DNA of 63,270 nucleotides, the filler included, from Octopus bimaculoides (Eukaryota): the NCBI RefSeq assembly GCF_001194135.2. It is 7 parts of 6 records of this genome, joined end to end, with 100 filler letters (N's around TTAATTAATTAA, not from the genome) between each part and the next. Parts side by side here need not be neighbours in the genome. Positions count along the whole stretch, not along the records: positions 61,258 to 63,270 come from NC_068984.1; 6 more parts are not named here. One strand, 5' to 3'. Under the pieces are notes generated by a model that saw only the letters and a program-made list of their open reading frames with translations, was not told the DNA's origin and ran no database searches. This document shows positions 61,930 through 63,270 of the stretch, one piece after another; the first letter of the stretch is position 1; every line of letters starts with the position of its first letter. The translations under genes were made by a program, and so were the position numbers.

Positions 61930-62960
61930 ATGATGCAGAGAATTAAAGGGTTTGAGGCAAAGTATTACAAATCCAAACAACCCCCTATTAATCTTTCTCA
62001 TACTGACCTTTCCAAATTCTTCTAAACCACCACCTCCCACTTCCCTCATAGGCCCCTCACCCTCTTATTTCTTTTCCTTACTAAAACTACTCAATACTAC
62101 CCATCTCCTTTGAATACTAACCCGTCAACCTCTACCCCCTCCCTTTTCACTTCCCTCTATTCGACTTCATACATCTCTGCATACCATCGCACTCCCCCCT
62201 CCAATACCAACCCAATTTCTTTGTCCCACTAACCACTGCTCTATCGACTGCTACCAACTCACCCTCGCCCTACCCCCTCTCCGTCTTCTCTCATATCTTA
62301 GTACCTATCTTAGTAATCTCCCTCAGCCACTGAACCAACCAATTCATTTCTTTCTAATAACGGCCATTCCCTCTCTCACTCTCTCAACCATTAACACTAT
62401 AGCCTTCATACAAACTTACACAATTGATCACCATTCTCACATCACCTACATCACCCACCCCTCTTCCCTCTACCTTCCACCTCGACTTCTATAGCTCCCT
62501 ACTAGCTTCTTTATTAACCTCGCACTCTTGAAATTTATCATCTCCTCTCACTATTCCCCATCTGAATACCCCCCGCCCCTTATACACTTAGCTATCCCTA
62601 AAATCGTTCCATCTTTGAACTCCTTTCCTTTAACACCTCAAATGTATGATTTCTTCCCTGAAGACGGAGGTTCATCTCATCCTACGATGAAATCAATCTA
62701 CAGACATTATTCTGTATCACCGAGCCCCCAGAAACAGCTGTTGGATTTCTAATACTTTTCTTCAACCTCTTTAATTCTTTGTATCATTTGTATTCTGTGT
62801 AAGTTGGACCGCTTTTTATGTAAACATATAAACATTTTTTTGTATTTCAAGTATTTAATATATTTTACATATTGATCTGTCTAACTTGCTTGTCCTTCTA
62901 TTTACTCCTAAATTCGCTCAAGTTTAAACCTCTCGAACACTACTAAGTGTTTTCTATACG
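61930..62960 (+). mobile_element. Putative PLE 3' terminus (end of GIY-YIG, C-rich tract, hammerhead-like motif)
   Basis: RIKGFEAKYYKSKQPPIN resembles the R..E..YI...P.LN end of GIY-YIG. The distal part is homologous to 17540-17820. Confidence 0.5.
62655..62745 (+). ncRNA. Hammerhead-like motif with a large stem II insertion
   Basis: TCC-CTGAAGA-CGGAGGTTC..(~50 nt)..GAGCCCCCA-GAAAC-AGCT-GTT-GGA. The core is intact, the AGCT loop is palindromic, and stem I is short (TCC/GGA). Confidence 0.5.
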
Positions 62961-62984
62961 GAGAATATCTGATTCTCATCTATG

Positions 62985-63014
<30 letters not shown>

Positions 63015-63015
<1 letters not shown>

Positions 63016-63270
63016 CTCTTTTACTCTTTTACTTGTTTCAGTCTTTTGACTGTGGCCATGCTGGAGCACCGCCTTTAGTCGAGCAAATCGACCCCAGGAC
63101 TTATTCTTTGGAAACCTAATACTTATTCTATCGGTCTCTTTTGCCGAACCGCTAAGTTACGGGGACATAAACACACCAGCATCGGTTGTCAAGCGATGTT
63201 GGGGGACAAACACAGACATACAAACACATACACACACACACATATATATATATACATATATACGACAGGC
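63015..63270 (-). mobile_element. SINE family B copy, running off the window end
   Basis: The tail and internal microsatellite match 19510-19800. Confidence 0.9.

Overview
AT-rich eukaryotic draft-scaffold DNA with N gaps and many microsatellites. The repeat content suggests an octopus-type cephalopod, which is an inference. No prokaryotic features, CRISPR arrays, rRNA genes or true tRNA genes are supported, and most ORFs in the track are artefacts of N runs or microsatellites. By hand I could splice seven plus-strand exons (16121-29226) into one continuous reading frame for a divergent BCR/ABR-like DH-PH (RhoGEF-fold) protein, with weaker candidate exons on either side. The introns and flanks hold three tRNA-derived SINE families, four mariner relics, Penelope-like element (PLE) fragments, several hammerhead-like motifs, a deleted Gypsy element, R4/Dong 3' ends and MITEs. 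The most unusual feature is a set of five divergent elements (four at 44-50 kb, one at 61 kb). They encode, wholly or in part, a Tx1/L1-type ORF1 protein (RRM-like region, CCHC knuckle and an unrecognised C-terminal domain). In all four copies with a visible 3' end the ORF is followed by a short 3' UTR and no reverse transcriptase (ORF2). These elements share a 3' UTR hairpin whose stems differ in sequence, and two of them share their terminal ~55 nt with a SINE subfamily. This points to an ORF1-only, HAL1-like parasite family that may use the same autonomous LINE as that SINE. All protein family calls come from motif recognition, not database searches.
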